Source: Octopus vulgaris (lineage: Eukaryota). Taken from it: a DNA stretch of 64,000 bases. The position numbers and the translations under genes are program-made. This document shows positions 12,801-26,155 of the stretch, piece after piece. The stretch's first letter is position 1. Each line of letters begins with the position of its first letter. Location: the NCBI GenBank assembly GCA_951406725.2, contig OX597814.1:22134001-22198000 (forward strand), written 5' to 3'. Below the pieces are notes generated by a model. The model ran no database searches. It was not told the origin of the DNA and was given only the letters and a program-made list of their open reading frames with translations.

Positions 12801-13789
12801 TATACACACACACACACACATACATACATACGTACTTGCATACAGGCATGCAGACACACGTACATATATACAAACAAAAATACCCTGTTGTGGATGTTGA
12901 AATTCCAATGAAGGAGCCTTGGATCTAGGTCAGAAACCGGTCCTTTCTCTATTGGCAACAAATCTTTAAATAAACTGAATAATTACATACATACACTGGG
13001 CAAAGCTCAAACTATAAAGGAAAAAGTTTTGTATCAATATTTATCACTAAATTAGAGGTGTGACTTATAAATGAGCACGACTTATACATAAGAAAACACG
13101 GTAAATCATTTCTATCAGAGAACTCCAAAACTTTTGATAAATAGTGAAAGTTAATATTAAAATAAATATAGCCATTGATTTGTCCCGTATCTAAAAATTG
13201 AAGCGTCATTCAATTCAAAAACTGACTAGCAGAATAATCAGTACTGACTATCGTAGGTTAAATGTAAATTATTTCTTGTAAGCGTTGGTTAGTCATTTGA
13301 CTGGGTGTCAAAGTTTCGGGGTTAGCTAAAAATGACTGACAAAATTATTAATCTCTTTGAAAAGAAAGACTTTAAAAAAAAGTTTTAAAAAGTTAATGGT
13401 CAATGGGAAGTAACTCATAAAAAAACCTACAATTTTACCTCCCCTTACGTAATATTGCGAGTGTGACTACACACACACATTTAGTTATAATTTTAAACAT
13501 GTAATAGAGCGTCATTGAAATGGTTGTTGTGACGTCATCAGAAGCTGTGTATTAGATTTCTCTGATCTAAACACGTGTTAAAGATGTCAACAAAGGCGGA
13601 GTTAATTATCTTTTTGCTTTAATTTTTAATTAATTCCCGTTTCAAATTGTTTAGTTAACTAGAAATTCCGTCCATCAAAAGGAAAAGATCCGTAATTTAT
13701 ACTTTCGGAACTCACGAACAAACATCTTGTCACGTAGAGAAATAACATCAACAACGATGCGCTCTCCATTTACTTTTCCTCATTGCGTT

Positions 13790-14230
13790 AATTCCTCTGA
13801 CATGCATAATTAGAGCGCTGCGACCACAAATCGAAGGTACTGCTGCTCCGGAAATTGATATCCTTCACCGCATCCAGAGAAGGGTCACTCGGCTGATTGG
13901 TATACCATCACAAATGGATGCACTCCAACCTCTTGTTTCTGTTCTCACTGTCTTTTTTTTCTAACACTTCTATAATAGTCTCTGTTCCTCAGATGTGACC
14001 GATCACTAAGATAACCCCACCTGCCCATCTCTTTCCACCATTCATCGCCCTTGTAGCACCCAACCTAACCACTATTCCCAGAACTTTCTGGAACCTCTTC
14101 CCTGCTCATGTCTTTCCTACAAATATTGACCTGCAACAGTTTAAATGGAACGTTAATATCAATCTCATCAGTGTCAGAAGGCCTGCAAGGGTCATGAGGT
14201 CAGCCTCTTCTTCCAAACTCAGCAAATAGA
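13790..14230 (+). mobile_element. CR1/L2-like LINE 3' remnant
   Basis: Translated fragments ILHRIQRRVTRLIG and FPRTFWNLFPAHVFPTNIDLQQFKWNVN. Confidence 0.6.
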
Positions 14231-14419
14231 AAAAATAGTATTGCTCAGCATTGCCCACTTCCTATATTATTTTATACTCAACACAATCACCACCAAGTTA
14301 TACAATTCATGCTGGACATGCTCTACTTAAATACTACCCATTGATACAATACAATTTTTTGAGGGTACCTCTTTCAAGAACTCTAACTTTCTTCTAACTT
14401 ACTTTTTTATCTTACTTTT

Positions 14420-15290
14420 CAGAAAAATAACGTCAGACATCAGGTTCTCTCAGTAAATGAAAAGGCGTGTTGTAGTCGTTGCCCTAAAAGTGCAGTATAG
14501 TTATTCTGAGATAGCTTGATCCTGAAAGTTACTCGTTCCTTCATTGTCAATGTTCCAAAGGAGCTGGAAGCTGCTAACGGGGTTCCAACATCAGCAACTA
14601 AATATAAAACTCATGCACTGAGCCCTGATACCATCATAACACATAACTTTATACAAAACGTCCAAGAAATAATCAATAAAAATCCCAGAAAGTCAGTCAG
14701 AGGCATTGCAAAGGAATTCAATATTTCAGAGTACACCACCAGAAGAGTTGTGCATGAGAACATCCGGTATAAGTCGTATGTGATGCTGAGGGGTCAGTTT
14801 ATATTGGATGTGACAAGAGATAATTGCTCGATGCATGCAAGGTGCTTGTTAAACAAGTTAAAACACAAAGGGGCTGGAATGCTTTGAGTTTTTTTTTCCG
14901 ATGAGAAAAATTTCGATCAGGACCAAAAGGTAAACCGAAGGAATGTTAGGTAGTTATCCAGAGACCCGAATGAGGTTCCAACGGTTGTATATACTAAGCT
15001 CGTGGCAACTGTGATGGTTCTGGGGGTCATCAGCAACGAGGCGAAAGATTAAATGTCACTATCTACATGGAGGTGTTGGGGAGAGCTGTGAGGCCCTAGA
15101 TAGAGAGGGTACGCAACGGGAGACCATGCGTCTTCCAAGATTCTATACCATCTTATAAGGCTAGGATAACCCAAGCATGGATGCTTGCCATGCTCCATGA
15201 TCATGTTCTCCCAGACACATGGCCTCCTAACTCACAAGGCCTCAATCCACTGGACTATTATGTATGGGGTATAGTCGAGAGAAAATTCAG
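14420..15290 (+). mobile_element. Decayed DD37D (maT-type) Tc1/mariner transposase
   Basis: FFSDEKNFDQDQKVNRRN, FQDS and WPPNSQGLNPLDYYVWG, with 37 residues between the second and third Asp. Confidence 0.85.
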
Positions 15291-15789
15291 ATCATCTGAT
15301 TTGAGTACGTCAATGCTTCCGACCCTGTATTGAAGCAGTCATTGATACTAACAGTGGAGTCATTGAATGGTTGTGATGAACGGATTCTCAAGATTATTTG
15401 TACCAATTTGTTTTCAAATATAGCTTTTCTTTGATGAGTCATGCGTCTATTTTCTATATTCATATAAATGACCTCAAAGACAAAAGAAAAAAAGACTGAC
15501 TCGCTCAGTACAATCGACACCTGCTACTATAACTCTTCCCTCACATAGCTCATATTCTATACAATTGCCACCAAATAATATAAAGTAACTTACAACTTAT
15601 ACAGCACATAAAAGGCTACTGACAGTTAACAATAAGAGATCTCACAGAGCAAGTATTCTATACAACAAACAGATGGAATATTAAATATTTTGCCCCGGTA
15701 ACATATGACATCTAGTGACTAAGAAGAAAATAATTGAAGAGAGTCATGCGAAAATAGTGGAAACAAAATGAAAATAGTTTGATGAGTAT

Positions 15790-16050
15790 CTTTTTATCAT
15801 TTTTTTGTTTCATTCACTCAACTGCAATCATGATGGAACACTGCTTTGAAGTGCTTTGTCAAATAAATCGATCCCAGTACATATTTTAAGCTTAGTACTT
15901 ATACGTTTCTTTTTGCCGAGCCGCAAGGTTACAGGTGCATAAACAAACGAACACCGGTAGTCAAGCTGTGATGAAGGACAAACACAAACACACGGACACA
16001 CACCTATAGATATATACACATGTACATATACGACAGGTGTCTTTCAGTTT
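15790..16050 (-). mobile_element. tRNA-derived SINE family 2 (CORE-like), partial
   Basis: Diverged match to the 23059-23470 copy. Confidence 0.65.
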
Positions 16051-16051
16051 C

Positions 16052-16869
16052 TTATTTCTTTATTGCCCACAAGGGGCTAAGCATAGAGGGGACAAACAAG
16101 GACAGACAAACGGATTAAGTCGATTACATCAACCCCGGTGCATAACTGGTACTTATTTAATCGACCCCGAAAGGATGAAAGGCAAAGTCGACCTCGACGG
16201 AATTTGAACTCGGAACGTAAAGAAGGACGAAATGCCGCTAAGCATTTTCCTGTCGTGCTAACGATTCTTATTTCTTTATTGCCCACAACGGGTTAAACAT
16301 AGAGGGGACAAACAAGGACAGATAAAGGGATTAAGTCGATTACATCGACCCCAGTGCATAACTGGTACTTAATTTATCGGCTCCAAAAGGATGAAGGGCA
16401 AAGTCAACCTTGGCGGAATTTGAACTCAGAACATAAAGACAGACAACATACCTATTTCTTTACTACCCACAAGGGGCTAAACACAGAGAGGACAAACAAG
16501 GACAGACAAACGGATTAAGTCGATTATATCGAGCCCAGTGCACAACTGGTACTTATTTAATTGACCCCGAAAAGACGAAAGACAAAGTCGACCTCAGCAG
16601 AATTTGAACTCAGAACGTAACGGCAAACGAAATACCTATTTCTTTATTACCCACAAGGTGTTAAACATAGAGGGGACAAACAAGGACAGACATAGGTATT
16701 AAGTCGATTGCATCGACCCCAGTGCGTAACTGGTACTTAATTTATCGACACCGAAAGGATGAAAGGCAAAGTCAACCTCGGCGGAATTTGAACTCACAAC
16801 GTAATGACAGACGAAATACAGCTAAGCATTTCACCCGGCGTGCTAACGTTTCTGTCAGCTCGCCACCTT
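16052..16869 (-). mobile_element. Head-to-tail array of about four family 1 SINEs
   Basis: tttctttattgcccacaagggg...gaatttgaactc units of about 190-230 bp; the last has the full head (..ggcgagctgacagaaacgttagcacg). Confidence 0.85.
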
Positions 16870-16916
16870 AATAATAATGATGATGATGATGGTAGTGATG
16901 GTGGTGGTGGTGGTGC

Positions 16917-16968
<52 letters not shown>

Positions 16969-17039
16969 GGTGGTGGTGGTGGTGGTGGTGGTGATGATGG
17001 TGATGAGGATGAGGATGATGATGATGATGATGATGATGC

Positions 17040-17627
17040 AGCAGCAGTACCAGGTAAAGATGCCCTGATGCAGTACCAGATAAATGCCCTAATGCAGTAC
17101 CAGGCAGTGGCTCTCATGGCTTCTGATCTCAACTGATTGGAAGTGTTATCATATACATTGTTTTGTCTTGGTATAAAAGATGGGCTACAGCAAATATTCT
17201 GTTCAATACCACAGATTTGCTTGTCAGTTGTTCGACCTAAACCAGCTGGGCATCTTCCTTAGTGGCTGACGATATGTGCATCTCTGATCACAAGCAGATG
17301 CAGTGGGGGAGCATCATAGCCATGTGTTGAGAGGGATTCTTTGAGGTTTGAATAATTCACCTCTGGAAACATGGGTGTTAGTAAAAACATCCTTAAACAA
17401 CCCTTACTCAGGGACCTTTTGCGCGGGATGGGCTACTCGGTCTGAAGAAAATTCTAACTGGGCCCCACCTGCAGGTCATGCGCTGTTTATCTTGATATGA
17501 GATCACCATGTCACACACATGTGGTTGTGATACATGTGCCTGGTGTACCCTTATAAGACGATACTGGGCTTCGATGGGTATTATATACCCCAGTGTCACT
17601 TTGATGGCATGCCCTACTCTCTCACTC

Positions 17628-17672
<45 letters not shown>
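17040..17672 (+). mobile_element. Non-LTR element 3' region with (AAT)n tail (possibly R4/Dong-like); second copy at about 18470-18891
   Basis: The two copies share about 400 bp ending ctctctcactc(aat)n. Clade assignment is inferred only from the tail. Confidence 0.6.
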
Positions 17673-17673
<1 letters not shown>

Positions 17674-17979
17674 GATCTCTGGCTTACCATACATGCAGGA
17701 AGTGCAGAAGATTGTTTAAACTAGTACGTCACAGGTACTGAGAAGAGTTTGGGAATTTTTGTTCCACGCTCCTATTTTCTTTGTTTACTTTTTAATTTTT
17801 TTCCTTTTTCTCTCTGTCTATTTGCCCTTTTTTCTCTATCACGTGACTCTGTAAATGAACAATCTGGTGTGTTTATTTTAATTGCTTGCCAATGTATACA
17901 GTGAGTTTCTCTTCCATAGGTACCAGGAAGACACTCGGCAATAAATGGAAACAGAATTGAAAGATGGTGATGATAATAA

Positions 17980-18320
17980 TAACAAGAGCACTCACAGGGC
18001 GCAAACTTCCGCCAAGGCAACGCTAACGTCTTCTCAACGATTAGCCGGAGATGGTTTTTAAAATAAGAATATCTGAAATAAACTCGACTGCTCTCACAAA
18101 CGAGAATACTAAAAATGAACCCGGCTGCTCTCAAAAATTAGGTAAAACAACAAAAAAAAAAACCGAAAAAATAATCTAGAATCCTTCTCTGACACCAGAT
18201 TGATCCCAAAATCTAATCAGTTCGTGCCAGTCATGAGGCCAATTATCCCTGAAAGTTTCATCCGAATCCATTTAGCATTTCTTGAGATATCTTGTCCACA
18301 ACAAATAAACAAAGACGGGA
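17980..18320 (+). mobile_element. Helentron-associated non-autonomous element (HINE/DINE-1-like)
   Basis: acaagagcactc...cttccgccaagg start and an aaagtttcatccgaatcca...acaaataaacaaa end typical of this group. Confidence 0.5.
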
Positions 18321-19354
18321 TCTTTTCAATCTGACCAGCATATTTTTTTTATTAATTTTTCTTTTAAGTAAACACTTTGAAAATTCGGAGGGGACCCAGA
18401 AGTTGTTGTTTGCAAACAGCAGCAGTAATTTTCTTCAGCTGAATACACGTCATTGATTGGTTAAAATTACGACCTTAACCAGTTGAGCATGTCCCTTAGT
18501 GGCTGACGATATGTGCATCTCTGATCACGAGCAGAAGTAGTGGGGGAGCATCATAGCCATGTGTTGAGAGGGATTCTTTGGGGTTTGAATAATTCACCTC
18601 TGGAAACATGGGTGGTTCTTTCAACATCCTTAAACAACCCTTATTCAGGGACCTTTTGAGCGGGATAGGCTACTCCACCAGAAGAAAATTCTAACTGGGC
18701 CCCACCTGCAAGGTCATGCGCTGTTTACCTTGATATGAGATCACCATGTCGCGCACATATGGTTGTGATGCATGTGCCTGGTGTACCCTTATCAGACGGG
18801 AAGTCATGATGGGTATATTGGGCTTCGTATATTTTACCCCAGTGTCACTTTGATGGCATGAACTGCTCTCTCACTCAATAATAATAATAATGGTTTCAAA
18901 GTTTGGAGAAGAGCTAGTAAATTTAGGAAGAGGTGAGGTATGCCGATTACAGTGGTGAACTGGTACCTATTAAAGCACTGGATGCGACACAGACGAATGA
19001 CTTACTACTACTACTACCACTGTCTTAAAAATATATTTTAATTATAATAATGATGATTTCTTTTGTTATAATAATAGTATTGATGGATGTGTGCAAAGAA
19101 ATTTTCTTGAAGGGGATTGTCAATTAAATTGTTCTATGCATCCTGGATTTGAACCTAGAATGTAATGTCACTAAATACTGCATCTGATTAATGACATATA
19201 GTGTTCTACTATTTCTGCTAATTAGTGTCATTACATGAAGTGTTATCTAAAACAGAGATAAACAAAACATTTGGCTCTACTCACTATGAAGTGTAAGAAC
19301 AAGAGGAAAAAATACAGAGTTGTCTCCCTTGTATCATTTTTTTTTCGCTGAAAA

Positions 19355-21626
19355 TACTGTACAACAAAATTGAACGTTATTTCGACTACGGAGATGAGAA
19401 TAAGGTTTTCTAAGATAATTTTATGCGTAGATCACAGAAATGGCAACCGTTTCTCACAGAATGACTTTAGTTTATGGTAATTCTGCTTTTTAATATTAGG
19501 GTATTTTTATAATTCAATTTTTCATTTTTCAGATTTTCAGAGAAAAAAAAGCTATAAAATACCTATAAACATTTAATTAAATCTTTAATTAGAATAAAAA
19601 TTGCATTAAAATAACAAGAGGTCTGTGTAGAAATCACCCAGACAAATTGTTATAGCTGTGGTGCTGTGACATTCCAGAAGTATTCAAGAATTATTACGCC
19701 ATTGGTAAAAAAAAAAACAAGCAGTATTATTTATATATTTTTGAGTGATGATAGGAGACCAAGATCAAAGTTGGGCACCACATATATGTTGCACAGCATT
19801 TACCAATGGTCTTTGGGAAAGTTAAGAAGTATGCAGTTTGGAATTCCAATGAATTGGCATGAACCACAAGACCACCATTCTGACTACTATTTCTATCTTG
19901 TAGATGTTAAAGGTGTGTTTTTTATTTTCAGTAAACTTAGCATAAATTTATCTAAATATATTTATTTTTATTCGTTACATTAAATATAGGAAATGCTATA
20001 ATATAATTTATTTTCTTAACAGATATAACAACGAAGAGTGCGCAGTCGGGGATGTATCCGAATGTAAAATCCGCCATTCGGACTGCACCTCATTCGGCCA
20101 GCATTCCGATACCTACGGTACCTGCAAACATGGTTTTATCCGATATTAGTGAATCAGAAGAGAATTGTGAACAAGATGAGGTGTATGTGCCTGCATCAGA
20201 ACAATCCGGACCGAAACCCCTTGCACAGGATGAGTTAAACGATCTTGTTCGGGATTTGAGATTAACGAAAATGCAGAGCGACTTACTGTTTTCTAGGTTA
20301 AAGAAAAGAAACTTGGAAACTCAAGATGTCAGCATCGCAAAATTTCGAAATCGTCCAGATGGTTTAATAGAAAAAATTGAAATGAATGGACTCTTTGAGT
20401 ATCTTGGCTTAAATTACGACCCTAGTGAGTGGTGGCTATTCTTAGACTCTTCGCTTTATAGTACTAAAGCTGTGCTACCGCACATAGGTAATAAACTTCC
20501 GTCAGTTCCTGTAGCTCATTCTGTTGCACTAAAGGAAACGTATGAAAATTTATCGTTCACATTAGGTTGTATAAGATATAATGAGTGTAAATGGCTGATT
20601 TGTGCTAACTTGAAAATTGTAGTGATTGTAATTGGCTTGTAGGCTGGGTTTACTTAGTACATGTACTTTTTGTGTCAATAGGACAGCCGTGCTTGGTAAG
20701 AGCATTATATCCGTAGTGAATAGCCATTGAGAAATGAATGAGAAATAGGTTCACATAACGTTATACGTGAACCACTGGTTCTTAAGGAGAAAATAAGTTT
20801 GCCTCCATTGCATATTAAATTAGGTCCTATCAAACAGTTTGTTAAGAAGTTAAATCTGGAAGAGCCACCATTTTTGTACTTGAAAACTAAGTTTCCCAAA
20901 CTAAGCCATGAGCAAATCAAAGAAGGCGTGTTTGTCAGTCCCCAAATTCGGCAACTTTTGACAAACGATAATTTTGAAAACACCTTGAATATGTTGGAAT
21001 TGGATGCATGGCAAAGTTTCAGAAACGTATGTAATGGTCTACATGGGAAGCGCAGAGCAGCCAACAATGAAGTACTTGTAGGAAAATTCATTGATTCGTA
21101 CAAATCATTAGGGTGCTAAATCATAATGTCGTTAAAAGTTTGCTATTTGCATTCGCATCTAGCTTTATTTCCTCAGAATGCAGCAGACATCAGCAACAAA
21201 CATAGTGAGGGATTCCACCAAGACATAAGTCAAATGGAAACTCGATCTGAGGGGAAGTGGAGTCCCACCATGCTTGCTGACTTTTGCTGGTTTCTTCAGA
21301 GAGATAGACCTGATGCTATACATAGAAAAAAACATAAATATTGTACTAAAAAACAGATGTTCTTCCTTTTATAAAAGACGCAAATAACGTATTTACTATT
21401 AATAACAACCCATTTTGCAGAAAACTCGTTTTAATTCTAGGAAAAAAATGTTATTTTCACTGAAAAATACCCATTTTCTAGCAAAAACATACCGTTTAGT
21501 GACGGCGCATTTTACGAAACACTGGAGTCAGTTCATGAAAAACGGAGTTCATTTTCATTATCTAGGTAAAAACTGTTCCAGAAAATTATGATTTCTCCTC
21601 TGTAGCAAAATCATTGTTGTACAGCG
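19355..21626 (+). mobile_element. Near full-length decayed Chapaev3-like (CMC) DNA transposon
   Basis: Termini tactgtacaac / gttgtacagcg. Motifs WHEPQDHHSDYYF, ELNDLVRDL, WWLFLDSS, PPLHIKLG, EGFHQDI and MLADFCWFL, with several stops. The family name comes from recalled motif similarity. Confidence 0.75.
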
Positions 21627-22191
21627 TAATGTTACCTTTGAAATGCTGTTTATCTTATTTTAAAACTGACGAATTGGTGGAAACTTCAAGCCATTTGCTT
21701 GAATTACTAATGACACTCGTTCCGGTTTTCTGCACTTTGTGATCAAGTTCCACTGAAATCTTGTTTGCCTTTCATTCTTCGGGAGTTGATATATTCAATA
21801 TCATTCCGGTGATGGAGGCGATTCCCAACTTTTTTTTTCTATTTATCTGTGGATTGATAATGTACCAATCTCCAAGAACCAGCCTCCTGTAGCTGATTCT
21901 GTCCAAGAACTACGTTAGGAGTACATGTGCCCGAGAAATATCCAACTGCTTAAGCATTAATTTTTGGAATGGTCAAGCAATGGAGCGTCCATCGTTGACA
22001 TTGAATGGAAGTTCATCATTTTATCTTAGTAGTCTCTGAAATAATTTTATGTATAGTTCATATGTCGTTTTAAAGTTACATTATATTTTCACGTAATACT
22101 CTAGTCGTACTTTCAACTCTAATTAAGAAACAATTATTTATCTACATATTAACCAGTAAAGGGACTATTAACACCATTTTACTTCTAATAT

Positions 22192-22392
22192 TGGTTTCAA
22201 ATTTTGGCATAAGGCCAGAAATTTCGGTGGTGGGGTATAAGGCAATTACATCGATCCCAGTGCTCAATTGGTAATTATTTTATGGACCCCGAAAGAACGA
22301 AAAGCAAAATCGACCTCGATGGAATTTGAACTCAGAACGTAATGCCACTAAGCATTTTGCCCGACGTACTAACGATTCTGCCAGCTCGCCAT
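22192..22392 (-). mobile_element. Family 1 SINE (other copies at about 28575-28780, 37700-37907, 54425-54550, 56130-56620 x2 and 63700-64000)
   Basis: Shared core cgaccccgaaaggatgaaaggcaaagtcgacctcggcggaatttgaactcagaac. Confidence 0.8.
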
Positions 22393-23058
22393 TCCTACAG
22401 TTGTAGTATATTGCTGGGATGATATAATTGCTGAAAATGACATTGCTTTGAGAATTTATTTCATCTCTGATATTTATTCTTTTATTGCCCACAAGGGGTT
22501 AAATTTCACTTGGAGAAGAGTAATCCAAAGAAATTACCGATGGTGTGCATTGAAAGATGTTAGGTACAAATTAACAAAATGGAAAGAGTTTTAAGATTTT
22601 TGGGAAGAGGAGAATTCAAAGGTGTAGAGCAGTGATTCGCAACCACTTTTTGCCTATGGACACCTTTAATTCATATTTTATTCTACTGAACCGCCATAGA
22701 TATTCGATGTTTAAAAAAAACTCTTATTATATTTTTATAATTAAATATTATAAGGAATTGTGTAAAAATAAAGTTAAAACATTTTGTGTATTGTAGAAGT
22801 ATAACCAATTTATTGCTTATAAATTTTAACGACAAAATCCTATATGGACCCCGTTTGAAATTCACTGATTTAGAGCCCGGCCATTCGTGAAATGGTAGAA
22901 ATACACCGGCGGGGTGGGTGAAAAATGTTAACATTCTGTAAAATCTAACAATTACTCTATGTGTGTTGATAGAATAAATTACAAGCAAATTACTAAAGAA
23001 AAATTCATAGACAATTTCCACAAACTAGTATTTTTGGCTTGTGTCTATAATAGAAATT

Positions 23059-23470
23059 TGGCTGTGTGGTAATTAGCTTGCTTGCCAACCACATGGTTCT
23101 GGGTTCACTCCCACTGCGTGGCACCTTGGGCAAGAGTCTTCTACTATAGCCTCGAGCCGACCAAAGCCTTGTGAGTGGATTTGGTAGACGGAAACTGTAA
23201 GAAGCCCATCGTATATATGTATGTATATATATGTATGCGTGTGTATATGTTTGTATGTCTGTGTTTACCCCCCTTCCCAACTCCAACATCGCTTACAACC
23301 GATGCTGGTGTGTTTACGTCCCCGTAACCTAGCGGTTCGGCAAAAGATACCGATAGAGTAAGTACTAGGCTTACAAAACATAAGTCCTGAGGTCGATTTG
23401 CTCGACTAAAGGCGGTGCTCCAGCATGGCCGCATTCAAATGACTGAAACAAGTAAAAGAGTAAGAGAATA
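23059..23470 (+). mobile_element. tRNA-derived SINE family 2 (CORE-like, internal microsatellite); other copies at about 37003-37428, 42732-43124 and 59807-60222 (all minus)
   Basis: tggctgtgtggtaa A box, gggttcactccc B box, ggcaccttgggcaag CORE-like motif and aagagt tail. Confidence 0.85.
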
Positions 23471-23851
23471 GAGAATATACGGCTGTGTATTTACAGAAAT
23501 GATAAGTTACAGGATTTATTGGTTTGCAGTATGGAGTTATTTCCCTTTATGTTCTGAAATTGAAATTCGACCGAACGCAAATTTATATTTATTCTTCGTT
23601 TGGTTGGAGAGTAACTAGGACGATGAAATTCTATATACCTCCCAGCAAATTTTTTGACTGCATAGAAAAGTAATTTTTGCGACTGTATACAAATTAATAC
23701 GATATATGATTTATAATTATGGTTTAGTTTTTAGATAATGATTTTTATTGCTCAATAATATTTTCGAATAAGATTTTATATAACACTCCAAATATATATA
23801 ATTCATAAAATAAGTACGAACATTTATAATCTGTCTGTCTGTCGGTCTCTT

Positions 23852-23918
<67 letters not shown>

Positions 23919-23976
23919 CACACATATAAACACACACACTTTCTTTATTTTGAGTATCGTTCAAATGTATCACATA

Positions 23977-25006
23977 TCTATATATATAAAACTGTAGTTG
24001 TGTGAGTGTCTGTCCCCTTCGATTTAGATTCCTAACTACTCCCACATTTTGCGGTGGAGTTTAACCAAATTCGGGTATCTTATAGTCGTGATTCATATCG
24101 AGCCCGTCTGAGTATTAGCGCGCGTCTACGATGAGTCTACGATTTTTAAAATAATTTAACATCATTTTTTATTCCATTTTAATGCATAATTTTTCGTGTG
24201 TTGATGGCGGCGGAGTTGGCGTCCATGGTCACACCTGCACCTGTTTACTTCTCCCCCTTCTTCCCTCCCTCGTGAAGCTGTGGGGAAGGAAGTGTAAGGA
24301 AATCAACGTCGTAAAGCGTTGTCAAGGAGACCAGCGTTCTTTTAGAACAACGACTTCATGGCTTGAAGACACCAAAACAGAAATGGCTAAGAAAGCCCGA
24401 ATTGGCATCTATAAGGGAAGTAACTCTCTAAAAATGCTTATATAGTTATTTCCCTTACAAACCCGAGCAACGCCGGGCGATACTGCTAGTCTATATATAT
24501 AAAACTGTAGTTGTGTGAGTGTCTGTCCCCTTCGATTTAGATTCCTAACTCCTCCCACATTTTGCGGTACAGTTTAACCAAATTCGGGTATCTTATAGTC
24601 GTGATTCATATCGAGCCCGTCTGGCTATTAGCGCGTGTCTACGATAAGTCTACGATTTTTAAAATAATTTAACATAATTTTTTATTCCATTTTAATGCAT
24701 AATTTTTCGTGTGTCGATGGGGGCGGAGTTGGCGTCCACGCTCAAACACCTGCACCTGTGTTTGCTTCTCCCCCTTCTTCCCTCCCTCGTGAAGCTGTGG
24801 GGAAGGGAGTGTAAGGAAATCAACGTCGTAAAGCGTTGTCAAGGAGACCAGCGTTCTTTGAGAACAACGACTTCATGGCTTGAAGACACCAAAACAGAAA
24901 TGGCTAAGAAAGCCCGAATTGGCATCTATAAGGGAAGTAACTCTCTAAAAATGCTTATATAGTTATTTCCCTTACAAACCCGAGCAACGCCGGGCGATAC
25001 TGCTAG
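23977..25006 (+). mobile_element. Head-to-tail dimer of a ~515-bp non-autonomous Helitron
   Basis: 5' TC after an A, 3' CCCG..CGGG hairpin plus CTAG before a T. Copies at 23977-24489 and 24490-25006. Confidence 0.9.
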
Positions 25007-25608
25007 TACCATATAAATTTTTCTAATTTTATCAATACACAACTATAAATGGTTATAGTCTTACATAAAATAAATTCCAAACAATGTTCAATCAATTTTA
25101 ATAGAATATCGGATTAAAAGAATAGGTAGATTATCAGACGGAATGAAATACATTGTTGAGTTGTGACGCTTTATGTTCGATGTTCAAATGCCATCGGATT
25201 TCTGCTTTGTCCATCAACTTTCTAGAGTTAAAATATATAAAAATCAACACCCATATATTCATACCTGTATTAGAAACGGCTGTTATGTTAGGTTGGCATA
25301 GACAATGGCATGCAATGTTTAAAGTCCACTGTGTTATATTTTAATGTAATATCTGTTAGAAGGTGACTTCAGCTTTAATCCTTCCCGAATTGACAAAATA
25401 CAATACGTAGCCTGTCATATTCAAGGCCGATTCAGTGGAATGCGCGCGTGTATGCATGTGTGCGCACCTGTATGCGTGAGTTTGTGTCTGTATTTATATG
25501 TGTGTGTGTGTGTTGTGCATGTGTGTGTATACATGTGTCTGTGTACATATGTATGTGTGTGTGCGAGCATATGTGTCCGTGTTTATGTGTGCATACGTGT
25601 GAGTAATG

Positions 25609-25762
25609 AGGAATTATTTACATTATTTATATTCGACGGATATTTGTTCTCATCCTTTTTGTTGTTAACACGTTTCGGCTGATATACCCTCCAGCCTTCG
25701 TCAGGTGTCTTGGGGAAATTTCGAGGAATTTTTCGATGTTGTTATTCTTCTTCTTCTTCTTC

Positions 25763-25795
<33 letters not shown>

Positions 25796-25956
25796 TTATT
25801 ATTATTGTTCACGTTACTGCTTGGAATCGAACTCGGAATCTTGGGTTTAGTAGCCCGCGCTCTTATGCCCACGGGCATATGGCGTAGTGGTTAAGAGCGT
25901 GGGCTACTAACCCCAAGATTCTGAGTTCGATTCCAAGCAGTGACCTGAATAATAAT

Positions 25957-25990
<34 letters not shown>

Positions 25991-26155
25991 GCAACAACAA
26001 TAATAATAATAATAACATCGAAAAATACCTTAGGAATGAGAACCCAGGTTCGAAATTTCCCCAAGACACCTGAAGAAGGCTGGAGAATATATCAGTCGAA
26101 TCGTTGTTTTAACAGCAAACAAGATGAGGACAAATATCCGTCGAATGTAAATAAT
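25609..26155. mobile_element. Inverted (head-to-head) pair of tRNA-headed SINEs with hammerhead-like 3' parts
   Basis: The plus copy has an A box (tggcgtagtggtt), a B box (gagttcgattcc), an (AAC/AAT)n spacer and CTGAAGA...stem II...GAATCGTT. The minus copy mirrors it. The pair is flanked by GTGTGAGTAATG at 25597-25608 and 26156-26167. Confidence 0.75.

Noticed and set aside
12900-12956. Hammerhead-like ATGAAGG...GAAACCGGTC
   Set aside because: The core mismatches, related copies at 33.1 and 34.9 kb do not preserve it, and it is better explained as a LINE 3' UTR.
16804-17136. Poly-Asp/Gly ORF
   Set aside because: A (GAT)n/(GGT)n microsatellite between two repeats.
25872-25947. Functional tRNA gene (anticodon ACT)
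   Set aside because: Poor acceptor and T-stem pairing, and it is embedded in a TSD-flanked SINE.
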